64,000 nt of DNA from Macrostomum lignano. Taxonomy: Eukaryota. Position 1 is the first letter of the stretch. Each line of letters begins with the position of its first letter. Shown piece after piece: positions 13,401-25,339 of this stretch. The notes beneath the pieces were generated by a model, which saw nothing but the letters and a program-made list of their open reading frames with translations, was not told where the DNA came from and did no database searches. The stretch covers positions 186,001 to 250,000 of the forward strand of contig NIVC01001445.1 of assembly GCA_002269645.1 (NCBI GenBank), given 5' to 3'. A program made the translations under genes and the position numbers.

Positions 13401-13444
13401 GCGGCCGAGGATGAGGCGGAGGAAGAGGAGCCGCTGGCTGACAT
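10438..13444 (-). CDS. TOPORS: TOPORS-like RING E3 ubiquitin/SUMO ligase; reading frame broken by one +1 shift near 12700-12800
   Basis: C3HC4 RING (CAIC..CLHRYCFACLLEWSKRKPECPQCKRPFSSIIHNVRADDDY) in ORF 12572-13444. Topors-conserved block (HRLVPFLLREL..RHFCDELLAFARS..YDQAVVY), CVIVGYERPWEERTP and SIM-like VIVEMISDD/VVVVSV in ORF 10438-13107. Confidence 0.85.
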
Positions 13445-13584
13445 GGCTCAGGTGCGCTGCAGGAATTCACAAGTGGCTTGTTGAGGGCTGATGCTGGTGG
13501 CGGCTGGGGGACAGCGCTAATGTACCTGGGCTTGTGGGGAATCCTGTTGTATGTGCAGGGCTGCTGACGACTACAGTGTAACTA

Positions 13585-13860
13585 ATATGGATGTTCAGTA
13601 GCTAATAGGGATGTTCAGTAGCTTAGAGGAATATTCAGTAGCTAATGGGAATGTACACTAGCTAATGGGAATGTTCAGTAGCTAATTGGAATGTTGAATA
13701 GCTAATGGGAATGTAAACTAGCTTTTAGGAATGTTCAGTAGCTAATGGGAAAGTTCAGTAGCTTATAGGAATGTTCAGTAGCTAATGGAAATGTACACTA
13801 GCTTATAAGTATGTACAGTAGCTAAGAGGAATGTTTAGTAGCTTAGAGAAATGTACTGTA
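13585..13860. repeat. 20 bp minisatellite (agtagctaatgggaatgttc)
   Basis: Degenerate period-20 array. Confidence 0.88.
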
Positions 13861-14489
13861 TATACAGTAGGTAATAGCGATGTAATAAAAAAGCTCAAAG
13901 CTAAGCGCAGCCTTTTACATACTGCGGTTAAATAAAACGCAAACAGTTACTTAAATAACATTTAACGCAAGGTCTTAATTAAGAGTAATTACAACTACAA
14001 ACTACTAATTCAAGTAGCTTTTGGAGCGCATTAACATACAAATAACATTAGCATTGCAAGCAAGATTAATCAATAGAAATGGTAATCTTTTACATAAGGG
14101 ATTTTCGAATTGAGATTAGTAAATTAGGCGACAAAAATTCTACATAGGCGGCACTACAGCCAGTTCGACTAGGCAATTCAACCCCGAATAAGTGGCGACA
14201 GATCTGCGAAAACAAATACTGAAATATCACAGTGAGCCAGCTAATTTATGGGACCACCTGCGTGCGGCCAGTTCAGTGGGGTGCAGCATTGGATAAGTGA
14301 TGGATTAGTTTGTGAACAGCAATGCACTTATTGGGGTGAGTGGGGGCTGAGAGAAACTTGTAGCCGCTGCAACAGCTGATTGCGATTGTCTATGCACGCG
14401 TATGCATGTGCCTGTCTCCCTGCCTGCCCTTCTGTGCTAGTGTCGGTCTTGAGTACCTGCAGGTCTATCCTTGTGTGTCTGTCTATTCG

Positions 14490-14509
14490 TTTGTCTGTCT
14501 TTCTGTCTT

Positions 14510-14547
<38 letters not shown>

Positions 14548-15030
14548 ATAGTATATGTATGTCTGTCAGTCATAGTGTCTGCCTGTCTGTCTGTCAGTCA
14601 TAGTGTCTGTCTGTCTGTCTGTCAGTCATAGTGTCTGTCTGTCTGTCTGTCAGTCATAGTGTCTGTCTGTCTGTCATATTGCTGTCCGTCTGTCTGTCTG
14701 TCCGTCTGTCTGTCTGTCTGTCCGTCTGTCTGTCAGTCGCAGTGTCTGTCTGTCAGTCATAGTGTCTGTCTGTCTGTCTGTCAGTCATAGTGTCTGTCTG
14801 TCTGTCATATTGCTGTCCGTCTGTCTGTCTGTCCGTCTGTCTGTCTGTCCGTCTGTCTGTCTGTCTGTCCGTCTGTCTGTCAGTCGCAGTGTCTGTCTGT
14901 CAGTCATAGTGTCTGTCTGTCTGTCTGTCAGTCATAGTGTCTGTATGTCTGTCACATTGTCTGTCCCTCTGTCAGTCTATGTGACGTAGTGTCTCTTTAT
15001 GGTTTAGCGTGTGTCTGTCTGTGTGAATAT
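14490..15030. repeat. Degenerate (GTCT)n / gtcatagtgtct compound repeat
   Basis: Direct inspection. Confidence 0.9.
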
Positions 15031-15117
15031 CTTAGCTAGCCCTGTCTACTTGCCTACAAAGACGAAACAAAGATAGAACAAACAAAGACGGAAGCTGTTC
15101 GATGCGCTTCAAAGCTG

Positions 15118-16695
15118 TCAGAAGTCCTCAGCCCACGGATTGGTCTCCAGGAAGGTGCTGACCACCTCCTTCATGGCCAGGTTGGGCACCAGCTGTTCAA
15201 CTGTCAGCGGCTTCCTAGTGATGGGGTCGAAGTGGCCGACCCGATGCAGGTGGTCCTCGATGTCGCGCCTGTCGTAGGTGATGCCGGACGGGGAGATCAC
15301 GGGGTCGCGCATCAGGTCGAAGCTGATCTTGCCGCAGAGCACTTCGGGAACGTCGCGTTTCCGACGCCTATCGTCGACAGTGGCCAGAAGGTCGGCTAGG
15401 CGGGCTGTCATGTCGGTGCAGTGCTGGTCGATGGCCGCCAGCTCCGAGGCCGTCTGCGGGTCGGCTGTCGCTCCGGCAGCGGCGCCGGCTTCGGCGCTTT
15501 TAGAGTTTTCGACTTCTGCACGACGCCGACGACGATCGGCCTCGATGAGGTCGTTCAGGTAGGTCTGGAGTTCGATCTCCTGGGCCAGGCGCCGGCGCTC
15601 CTGCTGGTCGAATTTGGAGCGCTTGGCGCGGCGCACCTCTGCAGCAATGTCGTCGCCGAAATTCAGGCCCTGCGTGGGTGACATTGGGGAATACGAGTAC
15701 AAGTGCATGCCGATTGTAAAGATGGAACTGATCCAACACTGAAATCCCATTATCCCCATCTGTAATTTAATTATCAGTGTCAAGAACACCATCATCCCTG
15801 TCAGTACCCTCCTAGCCCTTGTCAGGAATTCCATTATCCCTTGTCAGGAATCCCATTATCCCTTGTCAGGAATCCCATTATCCCTTGTCACGAATTCCAT
15901 TATCCATTGTCAGAATCCCACAATACCTGGTCAGAAATCCCATTATCTCTTGTCAGGAATCACATTATCCCTTCTCAGGAATCTCATAATCCCTCGTCAG
16001 GAATACCACGATAATCATTTGTCAGGAATCCCATTATCCCTTGTCAGGAATCACATTCCCTTGTCAGGAATCCCATTATCTCTTGTCAGGAATCCCATTA
16101 TCTATTGTCAGGAATCCCATTATCCCTCGTCAGGAATCAAATTATTCCACACGTAAATTTTCCTTCTTTCAAAATGCCATTATCCCAAAATAAAATACCG
16201 AAAAAGCTATCTTAGAATTCCATTTTCCCTACCTGCAATCCCAATTATCCGGGTTATCCCTATCTGAACATACATGAAATTTCCCAGCAACCAAGCTAAA
16301 AAATTGCATAGCACAACAGAAATCTAAAAAGGCAAGCAGTGTATTGATTTGACAACAAAGAGTCGCACCTGCTCTCTAGCCTGGTCGTGCGCCTTGCTCA
16401 GGTGCATAACAGCCTCGTCAAACCGTTGCAGCTCGGTCAGGGCCATGCCCAGAAAGAAATGCCCCTTGACGCTCCGGCCGTCCAATTCGATGGCACGCCG
16501 GCTGTCCTCCACGGAGCGGTCCCAGTCCTTCAGCTTGATGTGGCAGATGGCCCGATTGGAATAGAACTTGGACACGCGCGGCGACTTCTCTATAGCGGAG
16601 GTGTAGCAGGCGATGGCCTCTTTGTAGCGGCCCAGGGCGAACAGGCGATTGCCATTCTCTTTGAGCTCGTTTGGCGTCTTTTTGCTGCTGTCCAT
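15118..16695 (-). CDS. STUB1: CHIP E3 ubiquitin ligase (TPR + U-box), two exons, ~292 aa
   Basis: Exon 1 at 16369-16695 (TPR: [24 protein letters not shown]), GT donor at 16367-16368. Exon 2 at 15118-15669 ([63 protein letters not shown]), phase 0. Confidence 0.97.
15770..16140. repeat. ~21-22 bp minisatellite (ccttgtcaggaatcccattatc) in the STUB1 intron
   Basis: Direct inspection. Confidence 0.9.
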
Positions 16696-16809
16696 CGAAT
16701 TCTAACGGCGGAGACTGCTATTGGCTCTGATAATCTGCAATTAACAAGTCCCGTTGTTGGCATTTCATTTTATGGTTTATCATCAATTACATGCTTGGCG
16801 CAACCTAGG

Positions 16810-16958
16810 GATTCACCTGGCCGTTTCTATTGACAACACACACACATGTAAGTCGCTATTGGACAGAATAGTAGTCACGTGACTGCTCTTTCTTGACTGT
16901 TCTCAGCCAATAGCGACTTACATGTGTGTGTTGCCAATAGAAACGGCCGGGTGATTCC
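16810..16958. promoter_or_regulatory. Palindromic element upstream of STUB1, with central AGTCACGTGACT (E-box/CLEAR-type) and inverted CCAAT boxes
   Basis: Arms ggccgtttctattgacaacacacacacatgtaagtcgctattgg and ccaatagcgacttacatgtgtgtgttgccaatagaaacggcc; GTCACGTGAC at 16874-16883. The palindrome is certain; regulatory function is inferred. Confidence 0.55.
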
Positions 16959-17059
16959 AAAGGTCGCTCATGTATGATCAACTACCCCCCGGATAGAGGG
17001 GTAGAGCAGGTTCATAGTTCATGCATTCGACTCTTGCAATATTGCTCGGTTCCCCTAGT

Positions 17060-17300
17060 TCATTGTCTTGCGATGCAAACCAGGGCCCAACTGGGACCCA
17101 TTGGGAGGTTGAGTGCCAAGGACAGGGTTAATCACTTGACTGCTGAGATATTCATGGAAGATGGAGCAAACATTGCAAAAGGCTGCGATCAGGGTTTCCT
17201 TGTTTCTTGTTGATTTCAGCAAGGTTGTGATTATGCATTTGTGCACAGGTTATACATGGAACTCAAGAAACCAGACCTGATTTTTGGCAATACAAGCTAG
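17060..17300 (+). pseudogene. Highly decayed non-LTR reverse transcriptase fragment
   Basis: GRLSAKDRVNHLTAEIF..LVDFSK resembles GRST.DAI..L...I..VDFSKAFD; broken by frameshifts. Confidence 0.3.
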
Positions 17301-19706
17301 ATCAGACCATTTCAGCTACTCTGGTCTGCTCTATCTATGCTTCCAATATCAAAATAGCCCAAGCCTCTTTAAAATGCACCAAGTCAGTGCCAAGGCCATA
17401 ATAGGTACAACAGAGTGCCTGCAACTCTCTTGTGATTATTAATAGTACTATTATGCAGACATGATCAATGCAATTTCAACTAAGTTCTGCTTTGATAATA
17501 GAAAGAAAGCACATATAAGATTCTTGCATCAATAAAATATGAAATTCTATACTAAAATCAATATTACTAACACAATATTTTTTTCAATAATCAGGAATTA
17601 TGGGGAAAATCAAATATTTACTTCAAATAAAAGTTTGCTTTAAATGTTTTTGCCATATATTAGCTCAAGTTTGATGAACATATATCTAATAATTTAATCA
17701 TAATACATTGGTTTGTTCTTTCTATACTTGAAAAGTGCCTTAAAAACAAACTATAGCAAAGCAGTACATGCGAAATTCTTTAGTATCCATTTATTTATGT
17801 TTAGGGATCTCTAAGGCAGCAATTATTTAGTCTTCTTAGTCCCTTTAGTCCATGCTTTCTAACCCCTATCTAGTCTTCACTTTGCAAACCATTAGTCTAT
17901 CCTCTCCACCTATAAATATATAGATCTCAATAACATTATGACCTTGGCATATTGCATGTAGACATAAAAATAGAATATTATCTATGGAATATATTTAAAA
18001 GTGACTGTGAAATGTTTTTAATATATTTAAAATAAATTAAAGATTTTTAGGCCTATAGATTTTCAAGAAACTTTATAGGCCTATAATTTATTACTCATTA
18101 CTGTATCTTTCCAAATCACTAAGATAGCTTGAAGAAATATAAAATTATTGCATAAATACAACAAACTATAATTATTACCTTAAGCTAAGTAAGTGATTAG
18201 CTTATTGCTTAGTTATAGCACATTTATTATTATTATTATATATTTTATTATCTAGAAGTTAGTAAAATTAGAAAAGATATAAAATAAAATAGAATTAAAT
18301 ATAAAGTTCCAGTTTCAATATAATTCTAATAGTATTTATACTACAATAATTGATTTTAATGGTCCTGATTTAAATTTTAGGTTTTTTGGCTAACCTATAG
18401 TTTCTCACGTTTAATTCCAACCCCCACCCCCCACCACCCTTGAATAGAGGGCGAAATAATTCCAGAAATAATTAAACGTGCGAAACTACAGGATAGCCGG
18501 TTTTTTTTCTATAAGCTAATAACATTGTGATAAAAAAATAGATCTAGCTGCATGCATTGCACAAGTGAATATAAATTATAAAAAGCTTAAAATATTGTTG
18601 TCATTTATATTTATTTGTTTATAAACATTTTTTCAATTAATAGGCCTAGATAAAAAAATTTCATAACTTTTGAAATACTATTTATAGCTTTGATGCAAGT
18701 TATATAGCTTAAAACCACTTGCATTAGCTGGGGTAGCATAGGCTAAAGTCAGAGAATAGTTTTAATGGAAGCTTTAAGGTAACTTTTAATTAAAAGTTTA
18801 TCATAAAAATTGACATTATTTATTTAATTTTCAAGAGGCATATTGTATAGTTCTAATAAAGTTAAGGTATAGTAGAATAGTATATTTTGAGATTTAGTTT
18901 TATAGACTATTAAACTTTTGATCATTGATATATTATAGGCCTATACAAAAGTATATTAGGGCCTAGTTATTAATTAGTGATATAAGCAACTTGGCTAATT
19001 TAGCAGCTTAGCTAACAACATAAAAAATTGTGGTAAGCTAGGCCTAGCTTAGGGATAAGTCTTTAGACATAGACAATTAGATAATGTAGCTATCTATTAT
19101 ACATAATATATCATAATTTGTAGGCATAATTTTTATTAAAATAGTATATAAGTTATAATTTTGGCTAATTAGTTTTTACCAATATTAAAACTGATATTAA
19201 AATATACATAGTGGGAGTAAGGTGGCTGTATACTAGACAACAAAATTATGGGGTGGCTGACCAAGAGGTGAGGGGTGAATGAGTATCATGCAGAATCATG
19301 CACATGTCTGATGTCTATGTACATTTTTACAGCACAGGTCAGTTTTAATGTTAGTAAATGGTTTTTAAAGTGTTTTAAAAGTTAAGATCAAGGCAAATGA
19401 AGAAAAGGGTCATAGCCTAGGTATCTTCTAGCCTACCCTAAACCCTAGCAATTGACTAGGCCTAGGCCTATTCTTCTATTCTTCTAGGCCTAGGCCTATG
19501 CCTACCTACTAAAAATGGCTAAATAACAGGTCCTAGCAAAGCAATAGGGCCTAGAGCTCTCTTGCTAGGCTCTAGGGCCTAATAGGCCTAATTCATTATA
19601 ATTCTAATTTAATGACAATAACTGTTGAACTAGGGCCTAATTTATAATTAAAAATAGGCCCTGCCTCTGTGTATACATAACATGCTTTCAGCAAGTAGCC
19701 TATAGT

Positions 19707-22699
19707 TAGGCTGTCCAGTGAGTTTTCTAAAGTTTATGGTATCCTATTTTTTCTTGTCTAGCATGATAGAGGGTCTTGAGTGATTTCCAAAATGGCCAAG
19801 ATTGTTAAGATTGGTCAAGTGATAAAAAAGTTATGGCTATTTAAAGATTCAAAATTTGCGTTTTTTTAGATATAAAAATTACACTATGGGCTTGTTCCCT
19901 TTTTGATATCAGTTTTGAAAAAAGGTACTTTAGTAGAGTGTAAAATAGTCATTTTTTGTCCAAATTTGCTACTTTTGGTCTTATTTCAAAGATCTACTTG
20001 TTTTGCTTCTTTTGCCATGCTTTTTCTGTCATTACATGGTTGGATATGAAAAATATGCTTACATGTTGTTACAAAAGTTGAAAAAAATGGCATATGCCGG
20101 AGCATGATTTTTTAATTCTTTTGTCAGTAAGTTAGAAACTATCCTGCCTTTTGTAGTGAGACTTTGCAAATTAAAGGTAAACAGTGGTTTGTACTCATAG
20201 ATAAATTTTGGAGTTTCTATTTAGGGTGGAACATTTTTTAAAAACTTTTTATCTCTATTTTTGTCACTTATTTTAGCTTTTTGGCTCATCCGGGCAAGTT
20301 TTTAGAACTTTTTTGTCTACAAGTTGAAAAATATCTTGGTTTCAGCAGTGAAACTTTACATTTATATGACAAACAGTTGTTTCTACAACTGTGTGTACCT
20401 TCTTTCTTTATATGTAGGTTATAGAAAACATTTTCTACTTTTTTGTTGCCTTTTTATCACTGTTTTTTAGCTTTTTGGCATATCTGCAGCACATTTTCTG
20501 TTTGATTTTGTCCATCAGTTCACAAGACACAATTATTTTGCAAAAGTGTATATTTAATTTTAAATTTAAGTTAACCTTAAAAGTAAACAAGTTAAAGATC
20601 ATTTACTAGATTTAGGCTCAGTCTTCAGGCATGGTCATAACTCGTGCAAGACTCATAGTCATATCATACATAGTCATTTAGGCTCAGGGGACTTCAGTCA
20701 ACTCTCAAGAAGTTAAGTTGAAACAATTATTCATTATATATAATTATATGTATAATATATGTTAATTATATTATACTTATACTATAACATATAGTTATAC
20801 AGTCTCATAGCTATATATATAGTCCTGGCTGGCCTATGCCAGGCTAGGCCTAGGGTTCATACTATCTTGTACTTGTAACTGAGACAGTGAAAGTCAAACT
20901 GGTTAGTCATTTTAGTCCATTTATAATTACATATTATAATTATTATTTACCTTTCTGACCCCTGCTCTTTTTACTGCATTCCAGCTACTGAAGTAGTGAA
21001 GATACAAAAGCTACAATTGCTTTTCTACAATTGCCAGATTTATTGTCAACTGAACTGTTTTATTTAGTTTAGTGTCCTCGTGTCCTTGACCCCACTCCCA
21101 CTTGTCCAAGTCCAATGGATCGCCTGATCCCCATCTCCATTGAGAGAGCCATCAAATTTGTCGATAAAGCCAAGGCCAAGGGCGAGAATGGCGCCAGTCG
21201 AGCGACCCGCCTCCTGCGTGCCATGGGCCTTCCCCCCACAGCTGTCAGCTTGCGTTCGAAGGAGGCCCTTCTGCGCAAGGTCGAACGTGAGAGGGGCAAT
21301 GCTGTGGTCCTGCGTCGGCGCCACTATGAGGAGGTGGCTGCTGGGAAGCCCTCGTCGTACGAAAATTACGTCAAGGGTGACCTGGATGTACCGAACGTTC
21401 TGCTGCAGGAGCTACAGCAGCTGTCCGTGACGCCTAAGCGTGATATCACTGGTGGTGAGCAGCAGCAGAGTGATGACAGCGATGCCAACAATACTGACGA
21501 TGCTCAGGCTGCTGCCACACCTGGACGCGGTGCTGCTGCTGCTGCTAGTGCTACGTCTGCTGTGTCGGGCATGTCCATAGACGAACAGTTGGGCGTGGAG
21601 GCAGCTCTGAAGGAAATCATCGATGAGCTTCGTGCCCAGCTGCTGGAAAAGCAGCAGGAGCAGCAGAGGCTGGAGCGCCGTCTTGCCAGACGACTCCCTC
21701 GAAAGGTGGTTTCCCATCAGCTACCAGGCGACTGCCAGGGATCACTTGTTGGGATAGCTATATACTGATTACTGGGGGTCAGAAATTCAGCAGCTTTCCA
21801 ATGGAAGCCTCCACAGTGACCCCCAAGGCTGAAATAAATCATGACTGCATTAAGTTTCACTTCTCCTTTCTATTTTTTGCAATAAAGAACTAAAAAGTAA
21901 TGAAAAATTCGTTTTTTTCATATTTTCTATGTAAGTAGTACAAAGTAGTTTGCATGCACATGAATGCAGGAAAAACAAAAAGAAAAGTTTCTCAAAACGG
22001 ACACACAATGAGTGGGCTGCACACGTTTTATCTATTTTACATTTCAATAGGGGCGAAGAATGTGCAAATACAACTGCGTCGGTCTGTTTAAAAAAAAATG
22101 ACAAGCCTTTTTCTATTTTAAATGGCAAAATACATGTAGAAGTATAAAAAATATAAAGTTCAATAACTTTTTTCGGACAACACCGATGCACAAGCAGTTC
22201 TTTGCGAACGGCTGGTATGAAGTGCCACTTTCATACATTAAACTGAATTAGTGCGTCGGAGATCGACTAAATACTTTTTTTGGGCAACAAAATTTTTTAT
22301 CGCTTTATATAGTCCATAAAAAAACTTTTTTTCTTTCAAAAATACAGTTACTGGTTTGTCTTAAATGTGAACATTGCATATTAGTAGCGAAACTTTGTTA
22401 AAATGTACCCTTTTGTGGAAAAAAAAAACTTTTTTTGAAATGTGATTTTCATTTCAAAATGGAGCCAATGCGATTCGTTACCGTAAAATGTATCCACTTT
22501 GACTGGTCACCGCATTAATTGTAGTGCATTGTTTTGTCTCCATTTTTTTTTAAATAACAACAGTGTTCTTTACTTTTTAGGGTATACTTTGGTTTTTCTT
22601 TATGTGCAATACTTTTTTTCTGGTACGCCAACAAAAAATATCATTTTTTGCTAAAATTCGTGTTTTTTTCAACTTACGGTAATCTCACTGGACAGTCTA
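19707..22699 (+). mobile_element. Non-autonomous TIR DNA transposon with 7-bp TSD (hATw-like), copy A
   Basis: TIRs TAGGCTGTCCAGTGAG (19707-19722) and CTCACTGGACAGTCTA (22684-22699); TSD CTATAGT at 19700-19706 and 22700-22706. Confidence 0.88.
21115..21768 (+). CDS. Unknown protein inside TIR element A (probably an N-terminal exon of an element-encoded protein; coiled-coil)
   Basis: GC-rich 217-codon ORF in AT-rich DNA; possible donor AAG|GTGG near 21705; resembles the ORF in element B. Confidence 0.6.
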   Translation: MDRLIPISIERAIKFVDKAKAKGENGASRATRLLRAMGLPPTAVSLRSKEALLRKVERERGNAVVLRRRHYEEVAAGKPSSYENYVKGDLDVPNVLLQELQQLSVTPKRDITGGEQQQSDDSDANNTDDAQAAATPGRGAAAAASATSAVSGMSIDEQLGVEAALKEIIDELRAQLLEKQQEQQRLERRLARRLPRKVVSHQLPGDCQGSLVGIAIY

Positions 22700-24654
22700 C
22701 TATAGTAGGCCTAGCGGCCCTAGCCTAACTAAATGACTTTAAAGCGACCAGAGGAACTGTTAAGTTATAGTTATCAAACTAAAGTCGCGTAAAGATACAA
22801 GCGTACATGACCGTTACTTTAACCGTTTGAAGTAACATCTGGCCGTACACATTTTTTTCTTCAGAGTTCAGGTTAGCACAGCATCTAGAAATGACTTCGA
22901 CGCCGCCACCGCTCAACAGTCGCCGGTCTCGAGAATAGATAGGAAACTGAAACTGGTAACATAATAGAAAAATAGATGACCCGCTTTATTTTAAAGACAA
23001 AAAGCTTTAAGTTTAAGCCTAAATTTCTACTAAGTAAAAAGAAAGAGGTAAAATTTGTTAAACACTTCTCAATAAAATAAATTGAGTAGACTTTTAAAAT
23101 GAGAAGTTTGAATAATAAATTTTAATTCATTTTAAGGTTTATTTTTTCTAGTACTTTATTAAATTAGCGTTAACTATGTAGGAAAAAACGCAATCAGGCA
23201 TCAGGGCGACTTTAAATAGTACTTAAGTTAAAGCACAAAGTCGTCCTTGTTTTGACGACTTGGCAATCAAGAAGAATGATCTTTTAACAAGTTTCTAAGC
23301 ACTTTAATATTTTTAAGATTTTTTATAGAAATTTTCTAGAAGTCTGAAAATATAACTTTTTTGTCTTTTCTCAGTGCGATAGTGAACATGATTAGCGATT
23401 GTCAATTGAGATTAAGAAGCATCCCTTGTATTTAGCTGTTAAATTAAATCTCATTTTATACCTTGACCTTACTAGGGGGTCCAGTGAGAAATTTTTTTTT
23501 TCAAAAACCAAATTTTTAATCAAGCCATATTGCAGCCCTGGGTATTATGAGTGAAATGACACTAGACTTTTAAAAATTGATCAAGTAATAAAAAAGTTAT
23601 GAAGTTTTTCATTTCGAAAAAATGGTGTTTTTTTCCTATCTCAAATACACTAAAAACTGTGCCATTTTTGGGCAAAAAGCATGTTTTTTGCAGTAAAATG
23701 TCTGTAACTTTTTTATTTCATAACCGATTTTAGTGTTTTAGGTGTTATTTTGTAGATTTTTGTTACCATAACATTTTTTGATATTTTTGTACATATTTAC
23801 TGTTCTATATATGCAGATATCTGCGGATTAAGACAGAAAAAGGGAAGAAAATTTTTTTTTCTAGAGTACCACTTTTTGGCTTTATCATGGTATTCTTTCT
23901 ATTAACCTTAATTTGTATTACTTTCATGTTAAAGTAATACTTGTATACTATAATTAGTAAGATTTTTTACTTTCTACTGTAAGTAGTATGCAAATAGTCG
24001 ACCATTTTTTCCATGAAAATGGGTCTTCTAAAGTACCACTCTGGTTGTCAAAAATCGATGTAGCTCCTGTCAATCCTTATCTTCTATCTTCATGCTGAAG
24101 TCATTAAAAACTTTTTGTAGTCCATCTGACAATTGTAATGAATCAATGCTTTACTAAGTAATATGTTACTAAATCATGTACTTTCATGTTTGAAAAGGCC
24201 ATGCCCGAATTCAGCAATTGAATCTACCTTTACAGTTTACCTGCATTATTTGATTCATTTACTTGTTCACTGTGTCCACTTTTCAGCACAATAGCTTTCC
24301 GTTGTAATCCAGTCAATTTGTCTGCTACCAATTCATCTGCAGTCAGCTCGTCAGCAAATATCTAAATGAACATTTCGTCTGCTGTGCTGGTCTTCTCATT
24401 GTACTATTAGTCTACTACAGTACTACAACTGTAGTTACTACAGTCAAGCCAGTCAGGCATGATCGAGACAATGTTACAGGGTGGGTTTCAGGGCTTTGAC
24501 ACGAATGTATAGGTCGCATCATTGGCAGTGTCAAGGGTGTCAGCTGCATCAGCCGGCATGCAGTCAATAAAATGCGAGTGCGTGCCTTTCCTCTCCAGTA
24601 TTACAGTGCCTACAGTGTCAGCAACATCAGCACCAGCTGCGGGCAATACGAATC

Positions 24655-24790
24655 AGCTTGGTTGACATGGCCTGGCAGCTAGAGACTGGAGTCGCCAACT
24701 GCGCAACAGTTTGCTAAGACGGACACCAGTTCGGCGATAAATTGTCGCATTGGTGACTCGCTCGTAGTAATCTAACAATCTTGGGGGCAG
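24655..24790 (-). pseudogene. 3' relic of an RTE/L2-type LINE ORF2, nested in TIR element B
   Basis: YERVTNATIYRRTGVRLSKLLRSWRLQ resembles the post-RT motif RVTNEEVYRRTG..LS..IR.RRL. Confidence 0.4.
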
Positions 24791-25060
24791 TACACTACAC
24801 AGCGTGATTACATTGTATTATGTACATGTACATTATGAGAGTATGACACTCGATTCGTCTGCTCCCGTTTTCATTCCCAGTCAGTTTGTCTGCCAGAAGC
24901 TGAATTGACTGAGAACCCTTTTAGTCAGCCCAGCTTTTACTCAGCTGCTCCATTTTAGTGCTTTAATACTGTATTAATTAGCTTGGCAAAATGTATCAGT
25001 CTGTCTATATACACTGAACCAGACGTACTTTATTACTTTATAACCTGTGGCTGTGGCAGG

Positions 25061-25339
25061 CAGTAACGAAAGTGAAGGAAAAAAATGCGGGACCTGTTAA
25101 GGTCGAAGGTGCGCGAAAAAGCTGCTGGCAAGCAGAGTCCCTGGGCCATCTACATGGACCAGATATTTGTCTTTCCTGCAGTGGTCCCAGCTGCAACTGC
25201 ACCAGAGTCGACTTCCAGCACGCCAGTTTGCCAACATTTCTCTGCTGCTGCTGTTGCCTCGTCCCCTTCAGAGAAGAGGGGCGCCGATGCAGGCCTTCAA
25301 GAAGCTTCGAAGCGCGATCTTCGGGCCCAGCTGGAATGA
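25061..25339 (+). pseudogene. Decayed homolog of the element A ORF, inside TIR element B
   Basis: KVKEKMRDLLRSKVREKAAGKQSPWAIY..LRAQLE versus KVERERGNAVVLRRRHYEEVAAGKPSSYENY..LRAQLLE. Confidence 0.55.

Noticed and set aside
10466-13484. Multiple plus-strand and alternate-frame ORFs over TOPORS
   Set aside because: Shadow ORFs of a GC-rich coding region with no recognisable motifs.
14100-14210. Sm-site-like AATTTTTG suggesting an snRNA or SL RNA
   Set aside because: No recognisable snRNA 5' sequence or stem-loops; the motif is expected by chance.
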